A stretch of 63,356 bases of DNA, filler included, from Anaerolineae bacterium (GTDB taxonomy: Bacteria > Chloroflexota > Anaerolineae > Epilineales > Epilineaceae): assembly GCA_029262755.1 (NCBI GenBank). It is 7 parts of 7 records of this genome, joined end to end, with 100 filler letters (N's around TTAATTAATTAA, not from the genome) between each part and the next. Parts side by side here need not be neighbours in the genome. Positions count along the whole stretch, not along the records: positions 18,603 to 40,467 come from JAJCYU010000399.1; 6 more parts are not named here. The stretch is one strand, 5' to 3'. Shown here in pieces: positions 30,503 through 40,567 of the stretch (positions within the stretch are counted from its first letter, which is position 1; the number at the start of each line of letters is the position of its first letter). The translations under genes and the position numbers were made by a program. The notes under the pieces were generated by a model that had not been told where the DNA came from, did not search any database, and saw nothing but the letters and a program-made list of their open reading frames with translations.

Positions 30503-31777
30503 ATGTTGGACATCCGGCAGTTCCGCGACCACCCAGCGTTGATTGAACGCGGCCTTCGTCGGCGCGGCGAAGACCCGGCGATCGTCGGGCGCATTCGCAC
30601 GCTCGATGAGGAGCGTCGCACCACCTTGACCGAGGTTGAACGGCTACGCGGCCTGCGCAACACTGAGTCGAAGGCGATCGGCAAGACGAAAGACCCAGAC
30701 GAGCGACAACGGCGCATCGAAGCGATGCGGGTTGTCAACCAGGACATCGACCGTTTGGAAGCGGCCTTGGAGACCACCGAAGCCACGCTCTCCGGCCTCA
30801 TGCAGCAGATTCCCAACGTGCCGGGCGACGACGTGCCCGACGGCGCGGATGAGAGCGAGAACGTGGTGCTGCGGGAGATCGGCGACAAGCCGGACTTCGC
30901 CTTCGAGCCGATCGCTCATTGGGACCTTGGGCCTGCGCTCGGCGTGTTGGATTTTGAACGGGGCGTGGCCATGAGCGGTAGCCGCTTCTACGTCCTGACC
31001 GGTGCGGGAGCGCGCCTACAGCGGAGCCTAATCCAGTTCATGCTCGACTTCCACACGGCGCGCGGCTACACGGAGGTCTACCCGCCCTTCATCGTTCGCG
31101 AACAGTGCATGTGGAATGCCGGACAGTTGCCGAAGTTTGTCGACAACCTCTACCACGACCATGAAGAGGACTTCTGGCTCGTCCCGACCGCCGAAGTACC
31201 GTTGACCAACATGCACGTCGGGGAGATCCTGGAGGCCGATGCGCTGCCCATTCACTACGTGGCATATACACCCTGTTTTCGGCGCGAGAAGATGAGCGCC
31301 GGTAGCGACGTACGCGGGATCAAGCGCGGCCATCAATTCGACAAAGTGGAGATGTACAAATTCACCCGACCGGAGGATTCCGCGGCCGAGCTTGCACGCA
31401 TGCTCGACGACGGCGAGGCCGTGCTGAAGGCCCTCGGCATTCCCTACCGGATCTTACAACTATGCACCGGGGACCTTGGCTTCGGCTCTACGGTCACCTA
31501 CGACCTTGAGGCCTGGGCCGCGGGGTGCGGCGAATGGTTGGAGGTCAGCTCCATCTCCGATTTCGGCAGCTTCCAGGCGCGCCGTGCTGGCGTGCGCTTC
31601 CGGCGTGAACCGGGTGGCCCGATCGAGCCCGTACATACGTTGAACGGTTCCGGACTCGGTTTGCCGCGCGTGATGATCGCGATTTTGGAGAACTATCAGC
31701 AGGCGGACGGCAGCGTCGTCGTGCCGGAGGTACTACGGGATCGCATGGGCATGGACGTGATCCCGGCTGGGGCGTAG
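30503..31777 (+). CDS. serS: Serine--tRNA ligase
   Basis: MLDIRQFR, LVPTAEVPL, CFRRE, RGHQFDKVE, VHTLNGSGL, ILENYQ. Confidence 0.98.
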   Translation: MLDIRQFRDHPALIERGLRRRGEDPAIVGRIRTLDEERRTTLTEVERLRGLRNTESKAIGKTKDPDERQRRIEAMRVVNQDIDRLEAALETTEATLSGLMQQIPNVPGDDVPDGADESENVVLREIGDKPDFAFEPIAHWDLGPALGVLDFERGVAMSGSRFYVLTGAGARLQRSLIQFMLDFHTARGYTEVYPPFIVREQCMWNAGQLPKFVDNLYHDHEEDFWLVPTAEVPLTNMHVGEILEADALPIHYVAYTPCFRREKMSAGSDVRGIKRGHQFDKVEMYKFTRPEDSAAELARMLDDGEAVLKALGIPYRILQLCTGDLGFGSTVTYDLEAWAAGCGEWLEVSSISDFGSFQARRAGVRFRREPGGPIEPVHTLNGSGLGLPRVMIAILENYQQADGSVVVPEVLRDRMGMDVIPAGA

Positions 31778-31888
31778 CGCGAACCAGGGCCGCGGGAACG
31801 TTGTTTGGCCGTGCAGCGGACCCAAGGCTCCGGCGGCTGTGGCCTGGCTTGGAGCGTGTCGGATCCCGGTTTATCCTCCGTCGCGTCG

Positions 31889-31976
31889 GGAGGAGTGCCG
31901 GAGTGGACAAACGGCGCCGCCTTGAAAGCGGATGGCCCGCAAGGGCACGGGGGTTCGAATCCCTCCTCCTCCGCCA
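31889..31976 (+). tRNA. tRNA-Ser (anticodon TGA)
   Basis: GGAGGAG/CTCCTCC acceptor stem, G discriminator plus CCA, anticodon loop CT-TGA-AA, long variable arm GCCC-GCAA-GGGC, GTTCGAATC T-loop. Confidence 0.96.
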
Positions 31977-32025
31977 AGCGGACGTAGTTCATCACGATTT
32001 CGATTGACGCACGAAGTCCCAACTT

Positions 32026-32060
32026 GAAGGCGCCGGCCGCGGGTCAAGGTCGGCGCCTTC
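32026..32060. terminator. Hairpin between the convergent tRNA-Ser and glycosyltransferase genes
   Basis: GAAGGCGCCGGCC...GGTCGGCGCCTTC, 13-bp stem with one G-U pair. Confidence 0.6.
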
Positions 32061-32129
32061 GCGGTTCTTCCGCTATCCGGCTCTTTCGTTCGTCTTCGTG
32101 AATGTCAAACCGGACGCGCAGCCTAAGTC

Positions 32130-33458
32130 TTACCCAGTTGGGACGACCGGTGCGCCAAGCAGGCGCTCGTAGAGCGCGTCGATGCGCTCCGCGATGACCG
32201 GCCAGCCATAGCCCTCGGCCGTGGCCACGCCGTGCTCGCCCAACGTATCGTGGATTTCGGGTAGCGCCAGGACCGGAAGCAGTTTCGCGGCGAGGGCCTC
32301 GACGTCGCCGTCGGGAACCAGGAAACCCGTCCGCCCGTCTCGCACGAGCGTCGAGAGGCCTCCGACATCGGAGGCGATGACCGGCGTTCCGCTCGCCATG
32401 GCTTCCAGGGCGACCATCCCAAAGCTCTCGTAGCGGGAGGGGACAACGACGACTTCGGCCGCGTTGTACCACAAGCGGAGCTTGTCCTGTGGCAGGGCGC
32501 CCAGAAAGTTCACGAAATCACCGAGACCCAGCTCCCTGCGGAGCTCATCGATGCGCGCCTGTTCCTCGCTGACAACCTCCGGGTCTTCGTCCACCTTGTC
32601 ACCACCTACGACACACAGGCACGCGTTTTCAGCCAGATCCGGCTGGCGCTCAAGCACGAGCGCCAAGGCGCGCATCAACGTGTCCAGTCCCTTTACCGGA
32701 TCCATCCGACCGACAAAGAGAATCACACGGTAACAGGGATCCTGGTCGAGCAGATCAAAAACGTGCTCGCGTGGCAGAGGATGAAACAACGTGAGATCGA
32801 CTCCGGGCGGCACAACCTCGATCTTGGCCGGGTCGGCGTCGTAGTAGCGCACCATATGACCGCAATCAATGCTCGTTGCGGCAACCAAGACGTCCGCGAA
32901 CTGGACGATCTGGCGCTCTACCGCCAAACGCTCGGCCACCTCGGGGGGTTCGTGTGCCCCGCGGGCGAGCTCCTTAAGCGCGCCGAGGGTGTGAAACATA
33001 TGCACGATCGGTGCGTGATGATGTGCTTGCAGGGCCCGTGCGACCCAACCGCTCATCCAGTAGTGGCTGTGATACGCGTCGTAGGTCACGTTCTCAGCCG
33101 CCATGAAGGCCAGGACCCCATCGACGAACTGGCTCCGCGCGTCCCAAATGTCGTCCTTTGTGGCCGGTGCCTCATGCCCGGCCACGATATGGATCACGCG
33201 GACGTTGGGTCCGAGGTCCGTGTCCGGTACATGGGGAATCGCATCGCTCTCCGACCGCGTAAAGGCGTCGACCAGGTAGCCGCGACGCCCCAGTTCCCGC
33301 ATCAATTCGCGCACGTACACGTTCATGCCGCCGGTCTGTTTGCCGCCGGGCGCGGCCAACGGGCAGGTATGCACCGAGATCATGGCAATCCGGCGTTTGC
33401 GACAGAGGTAGCGAGAGGACGGAGACGCTTCGTGTGCATGCATCGGCGTTGCGGTCAT
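32130..33458 (-). CDS. GT4 glycosyltransferase, MshA-like
   Basis: ISVHTCPL...GGMNVYV, HSHYWMSG, HMFHTLG, PSRYESFGMVALEAMASGTPV. Confidence 0.88.
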   Translation of the reverse strand: MTATPMHAHEASPSSRYLCRKRRIAMISVHTCPLAAPGGKQTGGMNVYVRELMRELGRRGYLVDAFTRSESDAIPHVPDTDLGPNVRVIHIVAGHEAPATKDDIWDARSQFVDGVLAFMAAENVTYDAYHSHYWMSGWVARALQAHHHAPIVHMFHTLGALKELARGAHEPPEVAERLAVERQIVQFADVLVAATSIDCGHMVRYYDADPAKIEVVPPGVDLTLFHPLPREHVFDLLDQDPCYRVILFVGRMDPVKGLDTLMRALALVLERQPDLAENACLCVVGGDKVDEDPEVVSEEQARIDELRRELGLGDFVNFLGALPQDKLRLWYNAAEVVVVPSRYESFGMVALEAMASGTPVIASDVGGLSTLVRDGRTGFLVPDGDVEALAAKLLPVLALPEIHDTLGEHGVATAEGYGWPVIAERIDALYERLLGAPVVPTG

Positions 33459-33638
33459 GGTGGCTCCGATTCCAAGGCTCCGCGTTTGCGCGGTGTCGGA
33501 TGATAGTAGGCAGCACAAGTCGGCGCATCAACGATCTACGGCCGTGGGCTGTCCAGCGTTCACGGCGCGCGCGCTGCGTTGGATGCGCGCGACCACCATC
33601 GTATGATTCGCGGCTCATAGCCGCCCGTGGAGGCCCTC

Positions 33639-34196
33639 TTGAGCATCTTGCGTATCGTGACCGTTGAGGACGACAACCCGATCCTGCGCGCCACCGCGGA
33701 GCCCGTCCGACGCATCGATCGTGCCACCCGCACGCTCATGGACGACATGGTGGAGACGATGCGCGACGCGCCCGGTGTCGGCCTCGCTGCACCTCAGATT
33801 GACGTTGCACAGCGTATCGTGGTCGTCGAGGTTCCTGCCGATCTCGAAGACGAATCGGAAGACGGGCCTACGAATTTGTGGGCTGTCGCTGACCCGCGGA
33901 TTACGTGGGAATCGGAAGAGATGGAGGAAGACCAAGAGGCTTGCCTGTCCATCCCCAACCTGTACGGCGATGTTCCGCGTCACGTCGCGATCCATGTCGA
34001 GGCGCTCGACCGGTCCGGCCGGACGATCACGATCGAACTCGAGGGCTTTGCAGCGCGGGTCTTCCAACACGAGATCGACCATCTGGACGGCATCTTGTTC
34101 ACGGATCGCGTGACCGGATTCGATAAACTATATCGCTTGCGTCACGACAACGAAGGCGAAACAATCCGCGAGCCTTACGATCCGCCCGGCGTGTAG
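33639..34196 (+). CDS. def: Peptide deformylase
   Basis: GVGLAAPQI, EACLSIP, QHEIDHLDG; TTG start after GGAGG. Confidence 0.97.
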   Translation: MSILRIVTVEDDNPILRATAEPVRRIDRATRTLMDDMVETMRDAPGVGLAAPQIDVAQRIVVVEVPADLEDESEDGPTNLWAVADPRITWESEEMEEDQEACLSIPNLYGDVPRHVAIHVEALDRSGRTITIELEGFAARVFQHEIDHLDGILFTDRVTGFDKLYRLRHDNEGETIREPYDPPGV

Positions 34197-34322
34197 GCAC
34201 GGATTTTCGCTCCCTCGAGGCTCGGCGCATCGGTCTTCATCGCGCCGCGTAAGTCAGCCTTCGAATGCTGGCTCACCCGCTCCGGCGATGCTAGAATCGC
34301 CTCCGCTGGTTCCCACCTACCT

Positions 34323-34397
34323 CCCCCCATCGTCTAGCGGTTAGGACGCGGCCCTTTCAAGGCTGAAACCGGGGTTCGATTCCCCGTGGGGGGACCA
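34323..34397 (+). tRNA. tRNA-Glu (anticodon TTC)
   Basis: CCCCCCA/TGGGGGG acceptor stem, CT-TTC-AA loop, GGTTCGATTCC, encoded CCA. Confidence 0.96.
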
Positions 34398-34415
34398 CCG
34401 ATATTCGTGACGGAT

Positions 34416-34449
34416 CAAGAACGCGGGCTCTAGAGAGCCCGCGTTCTTG
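34416..34449. terminator. Perfect 16-bp inverted repeat, probable bidirectional terminator
   Basis: CAAGAACGCGGGCTCT-AG-AGAGCCCGCGTTCTTG between the convergent tRNA-Glu and VOC genes. Confidence 0.75.
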
Positions 34450-34461
34450 GCGTCCTGCCAT

Positions 34462-34830
34462 CTACACGTGCTGATCGATCAGCACCGGGTTTCCATCCGG
34501 GTCCATCAGCATGAAGTGTGCGGGCCCGTTCTCGGATTCGATCTCACCCATCACGTCCAGTCCGGCGTCCACGAGCGCTTGACGGATCGCGCGTACGTCC
34601 TCGAAATCGGATAGCGCCTGTGCCTGTGCGTCCCAGCCGGGGTTGAAGGTCAGGGAGTTGGCATCGAACATTCCTTGAAACAGCCCGATCGTCGTGGCGC
34701 CGTTGCGCATGATCTGCCAGTTCTGCTCGATCTCGCCGAGAACGGCGGTGAAGCCGAGCTTTTCGTAGAACGCGCGAGATGCGTGAATGTCCTTCACGGC
34801 GAGGCTTAGGGAAAATGCACCGAGGTTCAT
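34462..34830 (-). CDS. VOC/glyoxalase family protein
   Basis: SLAVKDIHASRAFYEKLGF...FMLMDPDGNPVLIDQH; AAGGAG SD. Confidence 0.9.
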   Translation of the reverse strand: MNLGAFSLSLAVKDIHASRAFYEKLGFTAVLGEIEQNWQIMRNGATTIGLFQGMFDANSLTFNPGWDAQAQALSDFEDVRAIRQALVDAGLDVMGEIESENGPAHFMLMDPDGNPVLIDQHV

Positions 34831-35034
34831 GACGGGGTCTCCTTGAAGGGGGAGTCGGTTGCGACGTAGCGAGGCGGGACAACGGCAATCGAGATGGATA
34901 GGAGTTTGCGTTGGAACGGGCGCAACGCGACAGATCGGTTTCCGACGAATCGATCGTGCGTGGAGGGCGGGATCTTTGTCCCACCGATCCGGCGCGCCCC
35001 TGTTCGCGGATGTCGGGTACGGGCCGGCACAAGA

Positions 35035-35934
35035 TCAGCGATCGCGCGCGATCAGACGTAGATCCGGCTGTTGCTGGGCGCGACCTGCTTCGGCCTCTTC
35101 TACAAGGCGACGACCGCCCGCCGCCCACCAGCGCAAGTATGTGTCGCTGCCTTCTTCGGCTCGCTCGCGCCACATGCCGCCGACCCACTCCCGGTAGCGG
35201 GCCGCCTCCGCGTAGAGTGCGCGACCGGTGTCCAGGTGGGCCTTTATGTGTCCGGGCCCGGCATTGTATGCCACGGCGGCCCTGTCGACGGACTCGTGCC
35301 ATTCCGGACCATCGGTCGGCACGCCGAACGAGCCGAGTTGCTGCGCGAGGTACCAGGCGCCGAAGTCGATGTTCGTCTCCGGCTCATCCAACGTAAATGA
35401 CCCCAGGCCGCGCGCACGCGCGATGTATTCGCCGGTTGCCGGCATGACCTGCATGAGGCCGACGGCTCCGCTCGGACTGCGGGCCTCTGGGTTGCCGCCA
35501 CTCTCCACGAGCATGACGATCGCGATCAGGTCCGCGGCGACTCCGTGTTCGCGACTCGCCTTCTCCACGGTCTCGATCCAACGGTCCATCGTCTTGGGTA
35601 GCCAGGCGATGCGCACGGTGTCGTCTCCCTCCACGATCTCCATCGCGGCTTCGGAGGGTGCGAGAGCCGTAGCGCGAGCAGCGGCGATGTTTGCGTAGGC
35701 ATCCGATCGGCCTCGGGTGTACGCGATCGCTGCGACGAGGCCAAGGACGAGAACAAGGGCGAGGAGGGGGGCCATTCGGTGGGCCAGACGGCCCAGAGAC
35801 GGTGCTAGCGGACGAAGGACATAGTCGTACACGAACAGGGCGCCGCGCCGGGCTGCGCGACGGAAGCCGGATCCGGTCAACGGAACATCTCCCTTGTGGG
35901 GCAAGGTGGGGTTGGGTTGGTGCGCGTCCAACAA
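35035..35934 (-). CDS. Membrane-anchored lytic transglycosylase (SLT domain)
   Basis: VESGGNP, GAVGLMQVMPAT, NIDFGAWYL, AYNAGPG; start uncertain. Confidence 0.88.
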   Translation of the reverse strand: MLDAHQPNPTLPHKGDVPLTGSGFRRAARRGALFVYDYVLRPLAPSLGRLAHRMAPLLALVLVLGLVAAIAYTRGRSDAYANIAAARATALAPSEAAMEIVEGDDTVRIAWLPKTMDRWIETVEKASREHGVAADLIAIVMLVESGGNPEARSPSGAVGLMQVMPATGEYIARARGLGSFTLDEPETNIDFGAWYLAQQLGSFGVPTDGPEWHESVDRAAVAYNAGPGHIKAHLDTGRALYAEAARYREWVGGMWRERAEEGSDTYLRWWAAGGRRLVEEAEAGRAQQQPDLRLIARDR

Positions 35935-36348
35935 GCCGATTGCGGGCTATCGCGCCTCGCAGTATCGCGCGGAGGAAACACTGCCAAGACTATTGATTGG
36001 GCGATTCGTGGCTGGTGCAGCCTGCGTTCGCCGCGAGCTGCTTGGCCTCGCCAACCGGCGATTCGAAACCTGCACGTTGGATGGGCAACCTGTCCTGCAG
36101 TATCCCGATCCGGCCGGACGGATTCCAGTCCTCGCCTTAAATCTAGCGTGATGCGGAACCGATTATTGTCCGCGCAATGCCCGTAGACCCTGTTGCTTGG
36201 ACGAGTTTATTAGACCCTGCCCATTGGGAGTTTTTGGCCGGCGCGTCAATCCGGTTCCGCGGTGCCATCTTGGGCGGCGCGGCCGCATCCGCGCTGAGCA
36301 CGACCGGAAACGCGCTATCGCGTTGCTTTCTGTGCGAAGGAGACCGGG

Positions 36349-37233
36349 TCACGCGGTCGGTGCGTCAAACTCCGTGCTGCCCGGTCCCGGATAGATCGCA
36401 CAACCGGGATAGGTGAAGGAGAAACCGTACCATCGGGTGAGCAACTGCATCGGCGCCTCCCCGGTCGCGTTCCACCGCGCAAACGGCACGCCGTCCGCTA
36501 GGTCGCGTTCGATGTCCAGCTCCGCCCCGCGCCAGTACAGGCGCGCCGCTCCACCGCGCGGGATGGTTTCGATCGGGATGAACAGTCCTTCGTCCTGATC
36601 CACGATACCGAGTCCCTGGTGGAGGCGTGCCAGCCGCGGATCGATCTCGGAGCTCATCGTGCGATGGAAGAAGCTCGGCAGCAGACCGCGCCCGTGGATG
36701 CGCCGGGCAGCGAGCTTTCCGGTAGCCCATTGGCGCGGCGAGCGATGGTCGGAGAGAAGCAACTCGGCATCGGCATCCAGCGCCAAGCGCGCTGCGACCG
36801 TCGTCATGCGCACCGGCCACACGTCTAGGCGCCGTCCGGCCCACGGCCCTTCGAAGCACTCGCCGCTGATGTGATCCCAAAGGCTTCGGGTTTCCTCGTC
36901 GGCCATCACGGCCAAACCATTCGCCAAACCGACCACACCATAGTGATGTAGGACGCCGTCGATGAGCGGAGTCAGACCGACCCCGCTATTGCAGGGTGCT
37001 CAGAAGGAGACGAGGTAGGGCAATCCGTTCAGATCGCCCTGCGCAATGTGGTGGTAGGCCATCTGGCGCACGTCGAAACACACGGAGGAAGCTCCGCGGT
37101 CGACGCACAGTAACTCCTCCTGCGCGGAGAGTCCGGCATCGCGCAGCGGGATGGGCCTCTGATCTCCAGGTCGGTAGGGGGGAAACTCGAATCCCTCGGG
37201 CGTGATTCGAGCACGGCTTCGGTCGATGCGCAT
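36349..37233 (-). CDS. DUF3179-family protein, probable selenoprotein (in-frame TGA at codon 78, UxxC motif); 294 aa
   Basis: AAGGAG SD plus ATG 37233. Continuous frame ...YHHIAQGDLNGLPYLVSF-[TGA 37002-37000]-APCNSGVGLTPLIDGVLHHYGVVGLANGLAVMADEETRSLWDHISGE..., matching the DUF3179 pattern H.i.n.....p..vtyCplCnsg...D.eT.SlW....G. Confidence 0.85.
36965..36987 (-). promoter_or_regulatory. Putative bacterial SECIS element
   Basis: 12 nt after the UGA: AGCGGGGUC-GGUCU-GACUCCGCU, a 9-bp stem (one G-U) with a G-led apical loop. Confidence 0.75.
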
Positions 37234-37364
37234 GGGTGACCGCTCCTTGACCGTCGGGGCAGGCGGCGATAGCCTGCCTTTCGCATGGCGGCACCACGTG
37301 CCGCTCACGTTGGAAGCCGACCTACGTAGCCGACCCGTGCAGCCGCCCCTTACCGCGACGCGAC

Positions 37365-39218
37365 GTGATCGTGCCAGACTCCACCCCAGACCGAAAGCCC
37401 CTACGCATAGACAGACCGCAACTCGACCTCCACGCCGTGGACGGGCGGGTCGCTCGCTGGCGGTTGGACGACGTCGTGCAGGTCGCGCGCCGGCATCGCG
37501 CGGTAGCGCCATTGGCCGAAGAACGTCCCGAACAGGGATGGCCGGCCCTAGAGTCCGGAATGCGCCGATCCGCAGCTTGGGTCGAGGAGCGCATGAACCT
37601 GCTCGATGCGCCCGATGCACGTCCTATCTACGGCATTAGCACGGGCTTCGGCGCCCTTTCGGGTCGCGAGACCTTCCGTTCGGCCTACCATGCCCGCGTC
37701 CTCCAACGCAATCTGTTGCTCAGCCACGCGGCCGGTGCCGGCGATCCGCTGCCGGAGGAAGTGGTGCGCGCGGCGGCAGCCGTTCGGGTCCGCCAGCTTG
37801 TCGGAGGCCATTCCGGTGTTCGAACCGTCGTGGTCAACCGTTTGATCGGCGTGCTCAACGCCGGTTTGCTACCCGTCGTGCCGGAAATGGGTTCGCTGGG
37901 AGCCAGCGGGGATCTTGCACCGATGGCGCATCTGGGCCTGGTGCTCAGCCGCACGCCGACGCCGGGTCCCGACGACGAAGCGCTGCCGGTCGACGAATAC
38001 GACCCGCCCGTGTGGGTCCCGGTCGATGCCGAGTCCGCGGGCGGGCTCGCGGGCGAGCATTGCCATCGCACCCGCAACCATGCCGGGCAGCTGAAACTCT
38101 GGCATCGCCGTACGGCAAGCGAAGCGCTCGCCCCGCTCGGGGGGGCCATTGAGCTCGGCGCCAAGGAGGCGCTTGCCCTGACCAATGGCGCGACGTTCTC
38201 GGTTGCGATCGCCGCACTCGCCCTGGCCGATGCGCAGCGCATCGTGGCCCACGCCGAGCTGGCGCTTGCGATGAGCCTCGAAGCGGTTCGCGGCTTTCGC
38301 GACGCGTTCCTGCCCGAGATCCACGCTGCGCGCGGGCTGGGCGGACAAGCGCGCGTTGCCCGCAGAGTCCTGCGCTGGACACGCGGCTCGACGCTGCTGG
38401 ATCCGGCGGATCGCGACCACGATCCGGAGCGTGTCCCGCCTCAAGATCCGTATTCCCTTCGCTGCGCGCCGCAGGTGCTCGGTGCGGTAGGCGATGCGCT
38501 GGGATTCGTCGCCGCCACCGTGGAAGCGGAGATCAACGCGGCCGTGGACAATCCGCTGATCTTCCCCGACCTTCCGCGCGGCGACAAGGCCGTGAGCGGC
38601 GGCAACTTCCACGGAGCGCCGATCGGCTATGCGGCCGATCTGCTCAAGATCGTGGTCACCGACATGGCTTCGCTCAGCGAACGCCGCACCTACAAGCTCA
38701 CCGATTTCTATTTTCGCGACGCGGCGCGCGCCGCGCTCAACCTGCCCATGTTCCTCATCGACAGCGATCACAAGCTGGAGGGCTTGAACAGTGGGTTGAT
38801 GATTCCGCAATACACGGCGGCGTCCCTCGTCTCCGCTTGCAAGACGCTCGCGCATCCCGATAGCGTCGACACCATTCCTTCTTCAGCGGGCCAGGAAGAT
38901 CACGTTTCCATGAGCATGAATGCAGCGCGGCATGCCCGCCGTATCGTCGAGCACGCCGAATCCGTCGTAGCCATCGAGTTGCTGACGGCAGCCCAAGCAC
39001 TCCACTTGCGCCGGGACCAAGGCGCTCCGGGAGCGGGAGTAGGCGCCGCGCTTGCCGTGCTGAGGGAGGCTGTTCCGGCCCTCACCTTCGACCGAGCGCA
39101 AGCACCGGACATACTCTCAATCGTTCGGCTCATGCGCGACAATTCGATGGTGCATGCGGCGAATGACGCGACGGACCATGCAACGGACGCCGCCGTGCCT
39201 GGTGCAGGTGCATCTTAG
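37365..39218 (+). CDS. hutH: MIO-dependent ammonia-lyase, probably histidine ammonia-lyase
   Basis: IYGISTGFG, LQRNLLLSH (HAL-type SH), GSLGASGDLAP (MIO), QDPYSLRCAPQV, SGGNFHG, QEDHVSM. Confidence 0.85.
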   Translation: MIVPDSTPDRKPLRIDRPQLDLHAVDGRVARWRLDDVVQVARRHRAVAPLAEERPEQGWPALESGMRRSAAWVEERMNLLDAPDARPIYGISTGFGALSGRETFRSAYHARVLQRNLLLSHAAGAGDPLPEEVVRAAAAVRVRQLVGGHSGVRTVVVNRLIGVLNAGLLPVVPEMGSLGASGDLAPMAHLGLVLSRTPTPGPDDEALPVDEYDPPVWVPVDAESAGGLAGEHCHRTRNHAGQLKLWHRRTASEALAPLGGAIELGAKEALALTNGATFSVAIAALALADAQRIVAHAELALAMSLEAVRGFRDAFLPEIHAARGLGGQARVARRVLRWTRGSTLLDPADRDHDPERVPPQDPYSLRCAPQVLGAVGDALGFVAATVEAEINAAVDNPLIFPDLPRGDKAVSGGNFHGAPIGYAADLLKIVVTDMASLSERRTYKLTDFYFRDAARAALNLPMFLIDSDHKLEGLNSGLMIPQYTAASLVSACKTLAHPDSVDTIPSSAGQEDHVSMSMNAARHARRIVEHAESVVAIELLTAAQALHLRRDQGAPGAGVGAALAVLREAVPALTFDRAQAPDILSIVRLMRDNSMVHAANDATDHATDAAVPGAGAS

Positions 39219-39555
39219 ATAGGGCTGTCGCCGACCCGAGGCCATTGCGAATCTCGTAGGTCCCTGCCGGCTCGCGTGGGAACTACGCCGAACAGAAGTG
39301 TTCCATGTGATGGCTTAGCGGCGACCATGTGGTGGATTCGCGACGGTTCGATTGCTTGCCGTGCCTTCGCCCGGCTCCTATGCTTAAACTTGTTCAATAG
39401 ACCCCGAAGTCCCGGTGTTTCAGCCATCATCCGAATGGAGGATCTCGCGCCGCATGGACCCACGACCGCTTGAGGAATCTAGCCAGCTTTCGTCGCCCGG
39501 CGGGTCTACGCCGCATGGGCGCTCCGGTCGTCAACCGTCCACCGGAGGCAAGCGG

Positions 39556-40467
39556 ATGCAGCGAACACAGCGTGGATGGACGGCGGCGATCTTGGGTCTT
39601 GTCGCCGTACTCGCGGCGATCATCACGCCGCTGGTCTACCGAGCGACGTGGAGCGATGCGATCTTCCCGGGCGTATCCATTGGGTCGGTCGACGTTGGTG
39701 GTATGACGCCGGCGGCCGCAGAGCGTGCCCTTCGAAGCGCGGGCTACGATCCCGATCTGGTCGTCGAAGCACGGGCCGCCGACGAGACGTGGCCCGTACC
39801 AAGCGAGGCCATGCGGCTGGATCTGGACGCAAGCGTGGATGCGGCATTTGGGATCGGCCGAAGCGGGATTCGTCCCGCGCAGATCATCGAGATGAGCCGG
39901 CTGCGGCTGCAACCGGAGCGTTTGGCGCCGGTGATTCATTTTGACGCGGACGCTACGGCGCGTTGGCTTGAGGAACAGGTATCGTTCTTCGATCGCACGT
40001 CCGCCAACGCGACGCTCGTCATTCAAGGCACGGAAGTCGTCGCCGAGGACGCCATAGAAGGGCGGCGCCTGCGCGCGTCGGAGGCCCTTGAGATACTCGA
40101 AGACGTCGCTGCTCGCGCTGTCTGGCCGCCCGGCGATATCGTCCTACCCGTTGAGCCGCTCATCCCGACCGTGCGTGACAACCGTGCGGCCAGCGCCCGT
40201 GCGCGAACCATGCTCAGCGCGCCGATCGAGCTGCGCGCGTTCAACCAAGAATGGACTCTGACGCCGGAAGCGTTGGCGCCGCTGCTGATCACGACTGCGG
40301 TCAACGAGACCTTTCACCTCCAGGTGGCAGAGGATGGCTTTGGCCGCTTGATGGAGGGCGTGACGGAGGCTGTTTCCCGCACCGCGAAGTCGCCCCGCTT
40401 CCACTTCGATGATGAAGCGGAGGAGCTCGTGGTGGCCCATCCCGGTGAGACGGGCCGCACCGTGAAC
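39556..40467 (+). CDS. Membrane-anchored VanW-like / peptidoglycan-binding-domain protein, 3'-truncated
   Basis: N-terminal TM followed by IFPGVSIGSVDVGGMTPAAA and D.DASVDAAF.IGR, typical of VanW N-terminal regions; GGAGG SD. Confidence 0.65.
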
Positions 40468-40567
40468 NNNNNNNNNNNNNNNNNNNNNNNNNNNNNNNNN
40501 NNNNNNNNNNNTTAATTAATTAANNNNNNNNNNNNNNNNNNNNNNNNNNNNNNNNNNNNNNNNNNNN

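Noticed and set aside
31889..31976. Long-variable-arm tRNA with TGA in its loop as a possible tRNA-Sec for the selenoprotein
   Set aside because: Anticodon TGA reads UCA (Ser). tRNA-Sec needs anticodon TCA and an 8-bp acceptor stem; this one has 7 bp.
36184..36219. TAGACCCTG occurring twice 27 nt apart
   Set aside because: Only 9 nt, with no partner end or associated element found.
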